Assembly: GCA_963715965.1 (NCBI GenBank)
Contig: CAVQSN010000001.1
Location: 809,736-873,735 of the forward strand
Direction of reading: 5' to 3'
Length of the DNA: 64,000 nt
DNA from: an uncultured Acidobacteriaceae bacterium
GTDB lineage: Bacteria > Acidobacteriota > Terriglobia > Terriglobales > Acidobacteriaceae
Shown here: one piece after another, positions 35,352 to 44,629 of the stretch
Position numbering within the stretch: position 1 is the first letter of the stretch
Layout: the number at the start of each line of letters is the position of its first letter
Translations under genes and position numbers: made by a program
Notes under the pieces: model-generated
Database searches by the model: none
The model's input: the letters and a program-made list of their open reading frames with translations, nothing else
Told to the model about the DNA's origin: nothing

Positions 35352-36311
35352 ATGAAGAAAACAGGACTGTTATTGCTACTATTGGCGGCATCAACTCTGG
35401 CCCTTGGTCAGCTCGCGGTGACGCCCGTCACGCCTGATCCGGACGGCATTGTTCACACTACCGTCAACGTGCCCTTCGTCCGCTTTCAGACCCCCACCGC
35501 GGCCGATATTTATTGTGCCGGCTTTCTTACCAAGGAGAAGGTTCCCGACGCCAACTACGTAAATGGCGGCCTCCAGACCCCGACCTCCACCAAGTTTGAG
35601 ATGGGCGAGCTCGTCTATCTCGCTGGCACCGGGTACCAGACCGGGCAACTCTATTCCGTCGTCCGCGAAATGCGCGACGTCAACGAATATGAAATCTATC
35701 CCGGCCAGCGCAAAGTTTTAGCCGCCGCCGGACGCCCTTATGGCGAAATCGGCAGGGTGCGCGTCGTCGACACTCGCAGCCACAGCGCCATCGCCCAGGT
35801 CGAATTCAGTTGCGACCCCATCAATCCCGGCGACGTCGTTCTTCCCTTCGCCGAGAAACCCCCGGTGAGCTTCCACGTCCCCGGTCATTTCGACCGCTTC
35901 GCGCCAGCCAACGGTAAGCTCAGCGGCCGCATCGTGCTCGGCAAGGATTTCGACGGCGTCCTCGGCACCGGCATGAAGCTTTATATGAACATGGGCTCGA
36001 ACCAGGGGGTCAAGGTCGGCGATTATTTTCGCGTCGTGCGAACCTACTCCGCCGTCCTGCACGATCCCGTCGACTCGCTCTCGTTTAAAGCTCAGACTTC
36101 AGAGGACACCCAAAAGGTTCCCCCAACGTTTGAAGCGAACCGTTTCACCAAGACCAAGGGACCCAACATTCACGTGGCCGACCTGCCGCGTCGCGCCGTC
36201 GGAGAAGTCGTGGTCCTCAACGTAACTCCGACCGCCTCGTCCGCCATGGTCGTCTTCGCGCTCGAAGATGTCTACGCTGGCGACACCGTCGAATTAGACG
36301 ATCAGCAGTAA
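35352..36311 (+). CDS. secreted protein of unknown function
   Basis: 319 aa. Signal peptide MKKTGLLLLLLAASTLALGQ. GGAG SD. Three similar segments, each ending in a G(D/Q)x(Y/F/V)xV-type motif. Confidence 0.7.
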   Translation: MKKTGLLLLLLAASTLALGQLAVTPVTPDPDGIVHTTVNVPFVRFQTPTAADIYCAGFLTKEKVPDANYVNGGLQTPTSTKFEMGELVYLAGTGYQTGQLYSVVREMRDVNEYEIYPGQRKVLAAAGRPYGEIGRVRVVDTRSHSAIAQVEFSCDPINPGDVVLPFAEKPPVSFHVPGHFDRFAPANGKLSGRIVLGKDFDGVLGTGMKLYMNMGSNQGVKVGDYFRVVRTYSAVLHDPVDSLSFKAQTSEDTQKVPPTFEANRFTKTKGPNIHVADLPRRAVGEVVVLNVTPTASSAMVVFALEDVYAGDTVELDDQQ

Positions 36312-36426
36312 TCCACAGAACTGAGAAACGCAAAAATTACGCAACCCAGGGGGAGAGAAATCTCCCTCTTTCTCTTTTTGGACGGCGTGAATTGGACGTG
36401 ACCTGGATTCGCCAACTTCCGCCGGA

Positions 36427-36897
36427 TTACCTCATCAATAGCAGAAGCAACGTGGCTGCGGCCGCGACGTGAAACACGGTATGTAAGGTGTCCGGGGCCA
36501 TCCCATTCCGTTGCGGCAGGAACGAGTGCGTCCCGGCAAAAATAATTCGATAGCGCGCCGCCCGCTCCATGTCCGGAACAATCAGGTAGGGGACCCACCA
36601 TGCGCGTAACAAACCAAGGACGAGCGCACCATAGGTGATCCAGAGCCACATCGCAACCCAGTCAGGGTAAGGTTGGACGAAATACTTTGCGCTATAAAAC
36701 AAGCAAACCACCGCCGGCACAACCGGCAGCACCGTTACAAAAATGGAGCGCGAGAGCTTGTCCTGGCTGCGGATCGCAGCCAGGTTGTTCAGTCGCCCGA
36801 GCGGTATCCAATCGTGAAGCAAGAGGAAGGCGACGTTGAACATCTGCAGACCCAGAAAAGCTAGCTCCCGGGGACGGCTGATTACATGGTTTGTCAC
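36427..36897 (-). CDS. integral membrane protein of unknown function
   Basis: 156 aa with about 4 hydrophobic helices. Preferred over the overlapping 36302-36649 ORF. Confidence 0.55.
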   Translation of the reverse strand: MTNHVISRPRELAFLGLQMFNVAFLLLHDWIPLGRLNNLAAIRSQDKLSRSIFVTVLPVVPAVVCLFYSAKYFVQPYPDWVAMWLWITYGALVLGLLRAWWVPYLIVPDMERAARYRIIFAGTHSFLPQRNGMAPDTLHTVFHVAAAATLLLLLMR

Positions 36898-36909
36898 GTT
36901 CGTCTCCTT

Positions 36910-37914
36910 TTATTTCGCTGACGACGTTCGTTGTCCAAAGCGAGTGCGGTAACTACTTGGCGCAATACCGAAACGCCTTTCGAACGCCCGGCGAAAGGCG
37001 TCGTCACTGCCGAAACCAACGGATGCCGCGAGTTGATCGATATTGCATCGCGTCTCACATAGCCGAATGCGAGCCTCATCGAGCCTGACGGCGTCCACGT
37101 AGGCCGCCGGAGGGCAGTGAAAAGCGGCCTTGAATTTTCGACCGAACTGCCGATAGGACAGTCGAGCCAAACTCGCCAGTGCCTCCACGGAGAGGTCGCC
37201 CTTGAGGTGAGTCCGAATATGAGCGGCAACTTCGGCTATGCGATCTGTCGCTTCACACTGGAACTGCAAGGGCTCGGAGTATTGTTCCTGGCCCCCGGGG
37301 CGCTTCATAAAGACGACCAACTCCCGCGCCACGCTGAGCGCGGCGGAGCGTCCATAGTCCTCTTCAATCAGTGCGAGACTGAGATCGATTCCAGCGGTGA
37401 TGCCAGCTGAAGTGTAGATTCGACCGTGGTTGAGGAACAACGCATTCGCATCCACCTTGAGCGCGGGGAACTTTCGCGCCAGATCCTCGGCAAAGCGCCA
37501 GTGGGTGGTCACGGTAGCGCCATCGAGAAGGCCGGTCGGGGCAAGGCCGTAAATCCCCGTGCATACGGATGCGATACGGCGCGTAGTCGCAGCGCGGCCC
37601 TTGATCCAGGCCGCAATGATCTTGTTCGTTCCTGGTTCGCGCAAACCGCGTCCGCCCGGAACTATCAGCGTGTCAAGCCGGGGACACGCGGCCAGCGTAG
37701 TGGAGGGCTTGAGAATCAACCCCGATTCTGCTGCCACCGCCCCGCTCGTGATACCGATGGTTAGAAGTTCATAGCAGAGGTTGGTGCTGTGCTCGCCGCT
37801 GGGGACACGCGCCGCTGCGAATGCTTCCATCGGGCCAGCGGCGTCGAGGGCGGTAATGCCATCGAACACTAAGAATCCGATTCGCTTCAGGCGTGGTTGC
37901 CGACTGCCCTTCAT
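36910..37914 (-). CDS. GlxA-type transcriptional regulator (DJ-1/PfpI domain + AraC HTH)
   Basis: RIGFLVFDGITALDAAGPMEAF and SVCTG (DJ-1/PfpI). C-terminal AraC-type HTH (…LASLARLSYRQFGRKFK…VGFGSDDAFRRAFERRFG). Confidence 0.88.
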   Translation of the reverse strand: MKGSRQPRLKRIGFLVFDGITALDAAGPMEAFAAARVPSGEHSTNLCYELLTIGITSGAVAAESGLILKPSTTLAACPRLDTLIVPGGRGLREPGTNKIIAAWIKGRAATTRRIASVCTGIYGLAPTGLLDGATVTTHWRFAEDLARKFPALKVDANALFLNHGRIYTSAGITAGIDLSLALIEEDYGRSAALSVARELVVFMKRPGGQEQYSEPLQFQCEATDRIAEVAAHIRTHLKGDLSVEALASLARLSYRQFGRKFKAAFHCPPAAYVDAVRLDEARIRLCETRCNIDQLAASVGFGSDDAFRRAFERRFGIAPSSYRTRFGQRTSSAK

Positions 37915-38108
37915 GCCACAACTTTACTTGGATTCGAGAATGTCTGAAAGGACTTAGATCCGACACTTTAGGCCATCAGCAGGAATTCAGGCGCATGCCA
38001 GCAGTATGGTGAACGCACACCCTCAAGCAGTTGCGCCACTCCACAATCAGGTTTGCGATGGAGGGTTTCCCGACCTCTAAAGACGCTTGGCAGCTTTATG
38101 AGCCGCGC

Positions 38109-38192
38109 TCAGCGGAAGAACCGTATCTTCGAATTCCCCGGTATCATCGCTCCCGCGACGACCACCACCACGATCACAACCGCGAGTTCCAT
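38109..38192 (-). CDS. candidate 27-aa hydrophobic micro-protein (MELAVVIVVVVVAGAMIPGNSKIRFFR)
   Basis: Hand-translated. ATG preceded by GAGGG 5 nt upstream. Single TM-like stretch plus basic tail. Below the ORF-track length cut-off. No homology evidence. Confidence 0.2.
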   Translation of the reverse strand: MELAVVIVVVVVAGAMIPGNSKIRFFR

Positions 38193-38365
38193 GTCACCCT
38201 CACGACGTCGCCCGAAACAACGCCGAAATCAAACTGCCAGCGCCCAGCTTACTTCTTTTTGACGGCCGCGCAACGGTACGAAAGTGTTAGATGCAGGCAC
38301 AAGAGGGGAACGCGCGGGGTGCACACGAAAGAGAGAGAAATCCAGCCAGAAAATGTCCCGCCAAT

Positions 38366-39013
38366 TTAGCCGGCGACATCGACATCGCCGAAAACCTCGG
38401 CGGTAAAAGCCTCGATCGAAGCGCCCTTCCGCCAGGCATCCACCGGCAGTCCGGCTTTGCGGCAAGTCTGCTCTAGAAATGTCTCCCGGTCCCAGCCGTG
38501 TTCGGCGGGAACCTGCGGCAACAGCAACCCGCGTCGCGTCCCCTGCGAAACCACCAGCCCGTGCCGCCCGACCTCCACTGCTTCCGGACGAATCGCAAAC
38601 AGATGCGAGAGCACACTGAGAGAAACCTCAAGCTGAGGCGCTTCTTCTTTCGTCACCTGCACGAAGCGCGAATCTTCAAACGCAGCCGCACACGCCGTTT
38701 CCGCCACCGCCCGATACAGCGGCACAACGGCTACGGCGTAACCCACGCATCCGCGCAGTTGGTGGTTGAGATAAAGAGTGGTGAAAACGCCGCGTGGCTC
38801 CGACAGTTGAGGTGAAGATGGCTGCGCTTCGAGAGACGGACGAACCCTCCCGCGTTCTCCCGGGTCAGAGCCTTGGCTGCCAACTACCGAAAGTATCGCA
38901 TCGTGCGCAATCCCCAGTAGAACCCGCCGCTGCTCCAGCGAAAATTCCGCGGAGGCCGGCCCGGCGCCATTTCCCGTGAGATTTTCTGGAGGTGTTTCAG
39001 ACAGCTTGGACAT
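38366..39013 (-). CDS. AMMECR1-domain protein (AmmeMemoRadiSam system protein A-like)
   Basis: GVFTTLYLNHQLRGCVGY motif. ATG 39013 has a GGAGAA SD. Overlaps the pgsA 3' end by 17 nt. Confidence 0.8.
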   Translation of the reverse strand: MSKLSETPPENLTGNGAGPASAEFSLEQRRVLLGIAHDAILSVVGSQGSDPGERGRVRPSLEAQPSSPQLSEPRGVFTTLYLNHQLRGCVGYAVAVVPLYRAVAETACAAAFEDSRFVQVTKEEAPQLEVSLSVLSHLFAIRPEAVEVGRHGLVVSQGTRRGLLLPQVPAEHGWDRETFLEQTCRKAGLPVDAWRKGASIEAFTAEVFGDVDVAG

Positions 39014-39650
39014 CGCGTTTTCTCCGCCGGTCAAGGACGAAGGAGCGGCGCCGCCGCCTTTCCGATTTGCGGTCGATCCGCGACCAGAAAGCGATGAAAT
39101 AATCGAGCGCCGAAATCAGCGACAGCAGCACCATGAACCAGATCGCCAGAAACGCAATCCAGTACACCGGGAAAACATAAATCCCGACCACCGGCCAATC
39201 GTGCCAGCGCCGGGCGAGAATCACCGCCACCACCGAAATGATCTGCACCAGCATCTTGAACTTTCCCAATTCGCTGGCCTGAATCGTAAACCCTTCCGAA
39301 GCCGCAATCGAGCGCAGCCCGCTCACCAGAAACTCCCGCCCGATGATCACCACCGCAATCCAGGCCGGCACCATGGCGGGATTAAACTGCACCAGCGTGA
39401 CAAACGCCGCCGCGATCAGCAACTTATCAGCCAGCGGATCGAGCAGCATTCCCATCGTCGTAATCTGCCCGCGCTTCCGCGCCAGATAACCGTCGATGCC
39501 GTCAGTGATCGACGCCAGAATAAAAACCACCGACGCTAGAATCTCGCGCTCTCCCGTGGTTTCGCCGGCGAAGCGCGGCGTGCATAAAATCCAGATCAAG
39601 AGCGGAATCGCCGCAATGCGCGTAAGCGTGATGTAGTTGGGAAGGTTCAC
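38997..39650 (-). CDS. pgsA: CDP-diacylglycerol--glycerol-3-phosphate 3-phosphatidyltransferase
   Basis: NLPNYITLTRI…DGIDGYLARKRGQITTMGMLLDPLADK, the CDP-alcohol phosphatidyltransferase motif. Confidence 0.9.
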   Translation of the reverse strand: MNLPNYITLTRIAAIPLLIWILCTPRFAGETTGEREILASVVFILASITDGIDGYLARKRGQITTMGMLLDPLADKLLIAAAFVTLVQFNPAMVPAWIAVVIIGREFLVSGLRSIAASEGFTIQASELGKFKMLVQIISVVAVILARRWHDWPVVGIYVFPVYWIAFLAIWFMVLLSLISALDYFIAFWSRIDRKSERRRRRSFVLDRRRKRDVQAV

Positions 39651-39785
39651 GCGATGACTGAGCCAGGGCCGCGGCGGCGGACACTGTGATTATCCTCTAC
39701 ATCGCAGGTCATGGCAACGGACCGAAGGCTAGGGTTCAGAAAAATCGTGCCCGAAGCGTCGCAATTTTCGAACGCGCACCCCGGC

Positions 39786-39839
39786 ACAAAGAAAATGGCG
39801 CACGTTCAATTCCGTCCAGACAATCAAACGTGCGCCATT
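39786..39839 (-). terminator. intrinsic terminator downstream of the yidB-like gene
   Basis: 13-bp perfect stem AATGGCGCACGTT / AACGTGCGCCATT (39794-39806 / 39827-39839) followed on the minus strand by UUUCUUUGUG. Confidence 0.6.
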
Positions 39840-39843
39840 CGAA

Positions 39844-40257
39844 TTACGACGCTTTCGTCTCAAAGCCCTTGAGCAGGCTCGAGGCCATTGCCAACACGTT
39901 GCTGTGGTCGGGCACCGCCCCATTGGGCGTCAGCTTGTCCACGATTCCCGGCAGCAGTTGCGCAATGGCGGACCCAGCCACGTCCGGAGAAATTCCCGCC
40001 TTCGCCGCCAGCGCCTTCACTTGGTCGCTCCCAAGAACCTGATGCACCTGGTCGGATGAAATCGGCGCATTCGGTCCCGACCCCACCCACGAAGACGCAA
40101 CCCCGCCCAACCCCTTATCGTGAAACGATTGCACCAGGCCCTGCAATCCACCCGGTTGATTTTGAATCATCTGTAAAAGTCCCGATGCCAACGGATTGGA
40201 ACTTCCCCCTAACACCGAACCCAATGCCTGATTTTCCAGATTATCGAGCAAGCCCAT
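39844..40257 (-). CDS. YidB-family (DUF937) protein
   Basis: 137 aa. GLQGLVQSFHDKGLGGVASSWVGSGPNAPIS…QVKALAAKAGISPD…LLPGIVDKLTPNG matches the family pattern. GGAGG SD. Confidence 0.8.
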   Translation of the reverse strand: MGLLDNLENQALGSVLGGSSNPLASGLLQMIQNQPGGLQGLVQSFHDKGLGGVASSWVGSGPNAPISSDQVHQVLGSDQVKALAAKAGISPDVAGSAIAQLLPGIVDKLTPNGAVPDHSNVLAMASSLLKGFETKAS

Positions 40258-40270
40258 AATTGCCTCCTAG

Positions 40271-40317
40271 AGATTTCCGCACAAAAAGAGATTTCCGCAC
40301 AAAAAATTTCACAAAAA
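40271..40317. repeat. 18-bp tandem repeat (2 full copies plus a partial third), AGATTTCCGCACAAAAAG
   Basis: Copies at 40271-40288 and 40289-40306, degenerate third at 40307-40317. Begins 3 nt upstream of the yidB-like SD. Confidence 0.85.
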
Positions 40318-40402
40318 ACTTGAACGCCGAAAGCGCAGAGTTCCCCGAGTTTTCTACGACTTAGTTTTCTCGGCGATCTCTGCGTCTCGGCGGTGAGACT
40401 TG

Positions 40403-40717
40403 TTACTTCTGTTTCGCGATGATCTTGTCTTTGATCTTCGCGTAAGTCGCTGCGGGTATGACCTTCTTCTTCGTCAAGTCGGTCTTCTTCGCATACGGAC
40501 GCCCGTCGATAATCTTCTGCGAGTATGCGTCGCCGATTCCCGGCAGCGCGCTCAGTTGATCCTTGGTCGCCGTATTGATGTCGACCAGATTGGCGTCGGC
40601 CGCTGCAGCGGTTGCGGTCTTCGCCGGCTTCGACGCGGTTTGCGCCACTGCCATCCCGCTGATCAGGCTCAACGCGAACACTGCGATCAGCAGTCTCGTC
40701 ATGAAGTTCTTTGTCAT
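40403..40717 (-). CDS. secreted ComEA-like helix-hairpin-helix DNA-binding protein
   Basis: Signal peptide, then VDINTATKDQLSALPGIGDAYSQKIIDGRPY (HhH motif). AAGGAGA SD overlaps the stop of the upstream gene. Confidence 0.8.
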   Translation of the reverse strand: MTKNFMTRLLIAVFALSLISGMAVAQTASKPAKTATAAAADANLVDINTATKDQLSALPGIGDAYSQKIIDGRPYAKKTDLTKKKVIPAATYAKIKDKIIAKQK

Positions 40718-40729
40718 CGTCGTTTCTCC

Positions 40730-41347
40730 TTATTCCTTCGCCGCGGCTTTGTAGCCCGCAGCTTGCGCTTCCGATTCGGTCATGAACTTACCCTGCTTGG
40801 TCTTTCCATACCAGCGTCCGCTTTTGTGATAAACGCCGGTCTCCGTGTTGACCCAGACCTTGCCCGCCGATTGCGCGGCGGCGATTTCCGGCGTCGACGC
40901 GGCCGGGGTTGCCTTGCTTGCGCTCTTGGTCGTGCTCTTTGCAGGCGCAGCCATTGTATTGGACGCGGCCGGAGCAGCAGCCGGAGCCGCGGCCGGTGCG
41001 GGCGCCGTCGTCTTGGCCGCCGGAGCAGCCGCGGGTGCGGCGGCAGCCGGTTTCGCCATGCTGTCATCGGCAGCAGCGGCTTTTTTCTTGTGCGACTTCT
41101 TCGTACTCGTAGTATCAGTGGCCGCGGTCTTATCCGCAGCAGCCGTCTTATCCGCGGCGGCAGACTTATCCGCGGCAGCGGCGGCGTCCTTCTTCGCTTT
41201 CTTCTTCGACTTCTTAGTTGTGGTGGTGTCGCTGCTCGTGTCACTCGAACCCGTCTGCGCTTTGGCCAAAACCGGAGCCATCGCGACCGTAAGCATCAGA
41301 CAGAAAGCGAGCGTCCACAGTGTAAGTTTCTTTTGGGAGTGTTTCAT
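40730..41347 (-). CDS. secreted Ala/Lys/Thr-rich low-complexity protein with a C-terminal sunset-like motif
   Basis: Signal peptide LTLWTLAFCLMLTVAMAPVLA. AAADK(S/T) repeats. C-terminal VWVNTETGVYHKSGRWYGKTKQGKFMTESEAQAAGYK. The domain name is assigned from memory of the motif only. Confidence 0.6.
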   Translation of the reverse strand: MKHSQKKLTLWTLAFCLMLTVAMAPVLAKAQTGSSDTSSDTTTTKKSKKKAKKDAAAAADKSAAADKTAAADKTAATDTTSTKKSHKKKAAAADDSMAKPAAAAPAAAPAAKTTAPAPAAAPAAAPAASNTMAAPAKSTTKSASKATPAASTPEIAAAQSAGKVWVNTETGVYHKSGRWYGKTKQGKFMTESEAQAAGYKAAAKE

Positions 41348-41475
41348 TTTTCCTCACGAGATTAAGAGGCATGATGCCCCGTTTTTGTTACGTATTGACA
41401 CGTAAACACTGATCTACGAAAAAAGTGGCGCGGAAGTGCCCCAGCATGATTACATCGGAAGGGACTGCGGGTCAA

Positions 41476-41510
41476 CCAATAATAACAGGGGTCTCCGGGC
41501 CGGAGACCCC
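41476..41510 (-). terminator. intrinsic terminator downstream of gdhA
   Basis: GGGGTCTCCGG/CCGGAGACCCC palindrome at 41488-41510, followed on the minus strand by UGUUAUUAUU. Confidence 0.6.
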
Positions 41511-41522
41511 CAAAATCTATGG

Positions 41523-42794
41523 CTAGGCATAGATTCCGCGCTGGCGAATTGTGTACGCCACCCGGTCAATCGCCAGCATGTAGGCCGCGATCCGGTTGTT
41601 CACCCCATGTTTTTCGGAGTACCGGACGACATCGTCGAACGCCGTTACCATGATGTCCCCTAACCGCTCGTTCACTTCCGATTCCTTCCAGAAATAACCC
41701 TGGCGGTCCTGCACCCACTCAAAGTAAGACGTAGTAACTCCCCCCGCGTTCGCCAGAATGTCCGGAATCACAAACACTTTCTTCTCGGCCAGTATGTCGT
41801 CCGCTGCCGCCGTCGTCGGACCATTCGCGCCCTCCGCCAGAATCTTGCATTTCACCCGGTCCGCATTCTGGCTGGTGATCACGTTTTCGGTCGCCGCAGG
41901 AATCAGAATGTCACAATCCATCAGCAACAAATCGGCAGTGTCATACTTCTCCGCCCCAGGGAAGCCGTGAATCGAGCCATTGCTCTGTCGATACTTCACT
42001 AGCGCTCCCACATCGAGGCCGTTTTTGTTATAGAGCCCGCCGCCCACTTCTCCAATGCCGATCACCCTGTATCCCGATTGCGCCATCAGCAGCGCTGCGT
42101 TCGAACCGACATTGCCGAACCCCTGCACAATCACCCTGGTCGTATCCCGGTTCAACCCGAGTTTTCGGATCGCCTGGTCGCACACCATCAGCACGCCGCG
42201 CCCGGTCGCCTCGCGCCGTCCACGCGATCCGCCAATATTCACGGGCTTGCCCGTCACCACCGCCGTCACTGTTTGCCGCATGTGCATGGAGTAGGTGTCC
42301 ATGATCCAGGCCATCGTCTGCTCGTTCGTGTTCACATCCGGCGCCGGAACATCTTTTTCGGGTCCGATGAATTCGAACAGCTCCGCCGTATAGCGCCGCG
42401 TCATGCGCTCCAGTTCGCCCTGCGACATCTTATGCGGATCGCAAATTATCCCGCCCTTGGCCCCGCCGAACGGAATATTCACCACCGCGCATTTCCACGT
42501 CATCCAACTCGCCAGCGCCCGCACCTCGTCCAGGTTCACGTCGGGACCGTAGCGCAATCCCCCTTTCGCCGGACCGCGCGCAATCGAATGCTGCACGCGG
42601 AATCCCGTGAACACTTCCAGGCTTCCGTTGTCCATCGCCACCGGAATATGCACGATGATTTCCCGGCTCGGGCTCCGCAGCACCTTCCACAATCCCTCGT
42701 CCAGATTCAGCTTGTGCGCAGCCAGGTCAAAGCGCGCCGCTTGCGCCTGCCACGGATTAGTTTCCTGTTCCAGATCCACTGCTGATGTCGTCAT
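41523..42794 (-). CDS. gdhA: Glu/Leu/Phe/Val-family dehydrogenase, probable glutamate dehydrogenase
   Basis: PAKGGLRY…[11 protein letters not shown] catalytic-Lys motif. GFGNVG Rossmann motif. ATG 42794 has a GGAGAA SD. Confidence 0.9.
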   Translation of the reverse strand: MTTSAVDLEQETNPWQAQAARFDLAAHKLNLDEGLWKVLRSPSREIIVHIPVAMDNGSLEVFTGFRVQHSIARGPAKGGLRYGPDVNLDEVRALASWMTWKCAVVNIPFGGAKGGIICDPHKMSQGELERMTRRYTAELFEFIGPEKDVPAPDVNTNEQTMAWIMDTYSMHMRQTVTAVVTGKPVNIGGSRGRREATGRGVLMVCDQAIRKLGLNRDTTRVIVQGFGNVGSNAALLMAQSGYRVIGIGEVGGGLYNKNGLDVGALVKYRQSNGSIHGFPGAEKYDTADLLLMDCDILIPAATENVITSQNADRVKCKILAEGANGPTTAAADDILAEKKVFVIPDILANAGGVTTSYFEWVQDRQGYFWKESEVNERLGDIMVTAFDDVVRYSEKHGVNNRIAAYMLAIDRVAYTIRQRGIYA

Positions 42795-43022
42795 AAGATT
42801 TTCTCCGGATGATTGCAACGTCGTGGTTGCCCGTCTCGCGGGGAAGCCTCGCAAAGTATATTGCCGCCCCGCAGCCTAGGCAAGCCGAGGGTGCCCAGAA
42901 GACAACCCTCGCCAAATCCGCGTCTGCACACCCAACCTGCCGTCCTCGCTCGCTGCGAATACGAATTCGTGCGATCCTATGCCCTGCATCCAAAACTGCG
43001 CTTCGGTCGAAGAACAAGAACA

Positions 43023-44600
43023 ATGATCCGTCCCGACTATAAAGAATTCGCCCGCCTCTCCCGCCACGCCACTCTGGTTCCCGTAGCCAAATCCATTTCC
43101 GCCGATCTCCTCACTCCTGTCTCCGCCTTTCTAGCCGTTGCCGAAGACGAGCCCGACGCCTTCCTGCTCGAGTCCGTCGAAGGCGGAGAAAAAATCGGAC
43201 GCTACACTTTTCTCGGGGTCCGTCCCTTCCTTCGCCTCGAATCCCGCGGAGCCGAAGTCACCATCGAGCACACGCGCACCCGCAAAGTCGAACGCCGCAC
43301 CGCCAACGTCTTCGAAGTCATCAAAGAACTCCTCCACCAGCACCGTCCCGCCGCCGTGGACGGCCTGCCCCCATTCACCGCCGGAGCCGTCGGCTACTGC
43401 GCCTACGACATCGTCCGCCGCCTCGAAAACATCGGAGAGCACGCCACCGACGACCTCCACGTTCCCGACTGCATCCTCATGTTCTTCGATCGCGTGCTCG
43501 CCTTCGATCACCTCCGCCACCAGATCCACATCGTCGCCTCCGCCGACGTCACCCGCGAAAACCCGCAAGCCGCCTACAACCGCGCCGTCAAAGACATCGC
43601 CCTGATCGAGAAAAAACTGGCCGCCGGATGGAAGCCTGCCCACTGGCGCAAGCCCTCCACCAAATCCAAGCTGGCCGTGCGCCCCCGCACAAAAAAGTCC
43701 AGGTTTCTCGAAAGCGTGAAGCAAGCCAAGGAGTACATCGCCGCCGGAGACATCTTCCAGGTCGTTCTCTCCCAGCGCTGGGATTTCGAGCCCGCAGTCG
43801 CTCCTCTCGACCTCTACCGCGCCCTGCGCACCGTCAATCCCTCGCCCTACATGTACTTCCTCCGCTTCCAGTGTGGCGCGGGCGCCCGCACTGCTGACTC
43901 CAGCAACGCAGCCAAAAAAGTGACACAGAAGGGTGCGAAGAAAAACGCGCCGAAGCCGTCGACCCAGACCCTCCACGTCCTCGGCTCCTCTCCCGAAATG
44001 CTGGTCCGCGCCGCCGGACGCAACCTCGAATACCGCCCCATCGCCGGAACCCATCCCCGTGGCCGCGACGAAGCCGAAGATTCCGCCTTGGAAAAGAAGA
44101 TGCTAGCCGACGAAAAAGAACGCGCCGAGCACGTCATGCTCGTCGATCTCGGACGCAACGATCTCGGCCGCGTCAGCGAATACGGCTCCGTCAAAGTCCG
44201 CAACCTCATGTACGTCGAGCGCTACTCCCACGTCATGCACCTCGTCTCAGCTCTCGAAGGCCGCCTGCGCACCAACCTCAGCGCCATGGACGCCTTCGCC
44301 GCCTGCTTCCCCGCTGGCACCCTCAGCGGCGCTCCCAAAGTCCGCGCCATGCAGATCATCGAAGAACTCGAACCCACTCGCCGCGGCGTCTACGGAGGCT
44401 CCGTCCTCTACGCTGATTTCGCCGGCAATCTCGATTCCTGCATCGCCATCCGCACCATGGTCATGAAAGGCAAAAAAGCCTACCTCCAAGCCGGAGCCGG
44501 AATCGTAGCCGACTCCAACCCCCAGCGCGAATTCGAAGAAACCGAAAACAAAGCAAGAGCCGTGCTAAGAGCTGTCGAGATGGCAAGAGGCAGCGGCTAG
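43023..44600 (+). CDS. trpE: anthranilate synthase component I
   Basis: Starts MIRPDYKEF. LLESVEGGE, NPSPYMYFL, GSSPEMLVR, PAGTLSGAPKVRAM, GGAVGY-type motifs. The ORF track's upstream extension to 42813 is not protein-like. Confidence 0.92.
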   Translation: MIRPDYKEFARLSRHATLVPVAKSISADLLTPVSAFLAVAEDEPDAFLLESVEGGEKIGRYTFLGVRPFLRLESRGAEVTIEHTRTRKVERRTANVFEVIKELLHQHRPAAVDGLPPFTAGAVGYCAYDIVRRLENIGEHATDDLHVPDCILMFFDRVLAFDHLRHQIHIVASADVTRENPQAAYNRAVKDIALIEKKLAAGWKPAHWRKPSTKSKLAVRPRTKKSRFLESVKQAKEYIAAGDIFQVVLSQRWDFEPAVAPLDLYRALRTVNPSPYMYFLRFQCGAGARTADSSNAAKKVTQKGAKKNAPKPSTQTLHVLGSSPEMLVRAAGRNLEYRPIAGTHPRGRDEAEDSALEKKMLADEKERAEHVMLVDLGRNDLGRVSEYGSVKVRNLMYVERYSHVMHLVSALEGRLRTNLSAMDAFAACFPAGTLSGAPKVRAMQIIEELEPTRRGVYGGSVLYADFAGNLDSCIAIRTMVMKGKKAYLQAGAGIVADSNPQREFEETENKARAVLRAVEMARGSG

Positions 44601-44629
44601 GTAGATGGCGTGTTTCAAACAATGGCCTT

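Noticed and set aside
41388-41405. TTACGT-N6-ACGTAA dyad and a GGCAT-G-ATGCC palindrome in the leader of the sunset-like gene
   Set aside because: The 5-6-bp arms are too short to stand out from chance without conservation data.
43131-44054. Long antisense ORFs overlapping well-supported genes (this one opposite trpE; also 12046-13233, 33588-34949, 46656-48077, 61855-62913, 17164-18147, 7912-9000 and others)
   Set aside because: They are typical shadow ORFs of GC-rich coding DNA. Their compositions are Arg/Gly/Ala/Pro-rich, they show no motifs or SD sequences, and each lies fully inside a gene with strong family signatures.
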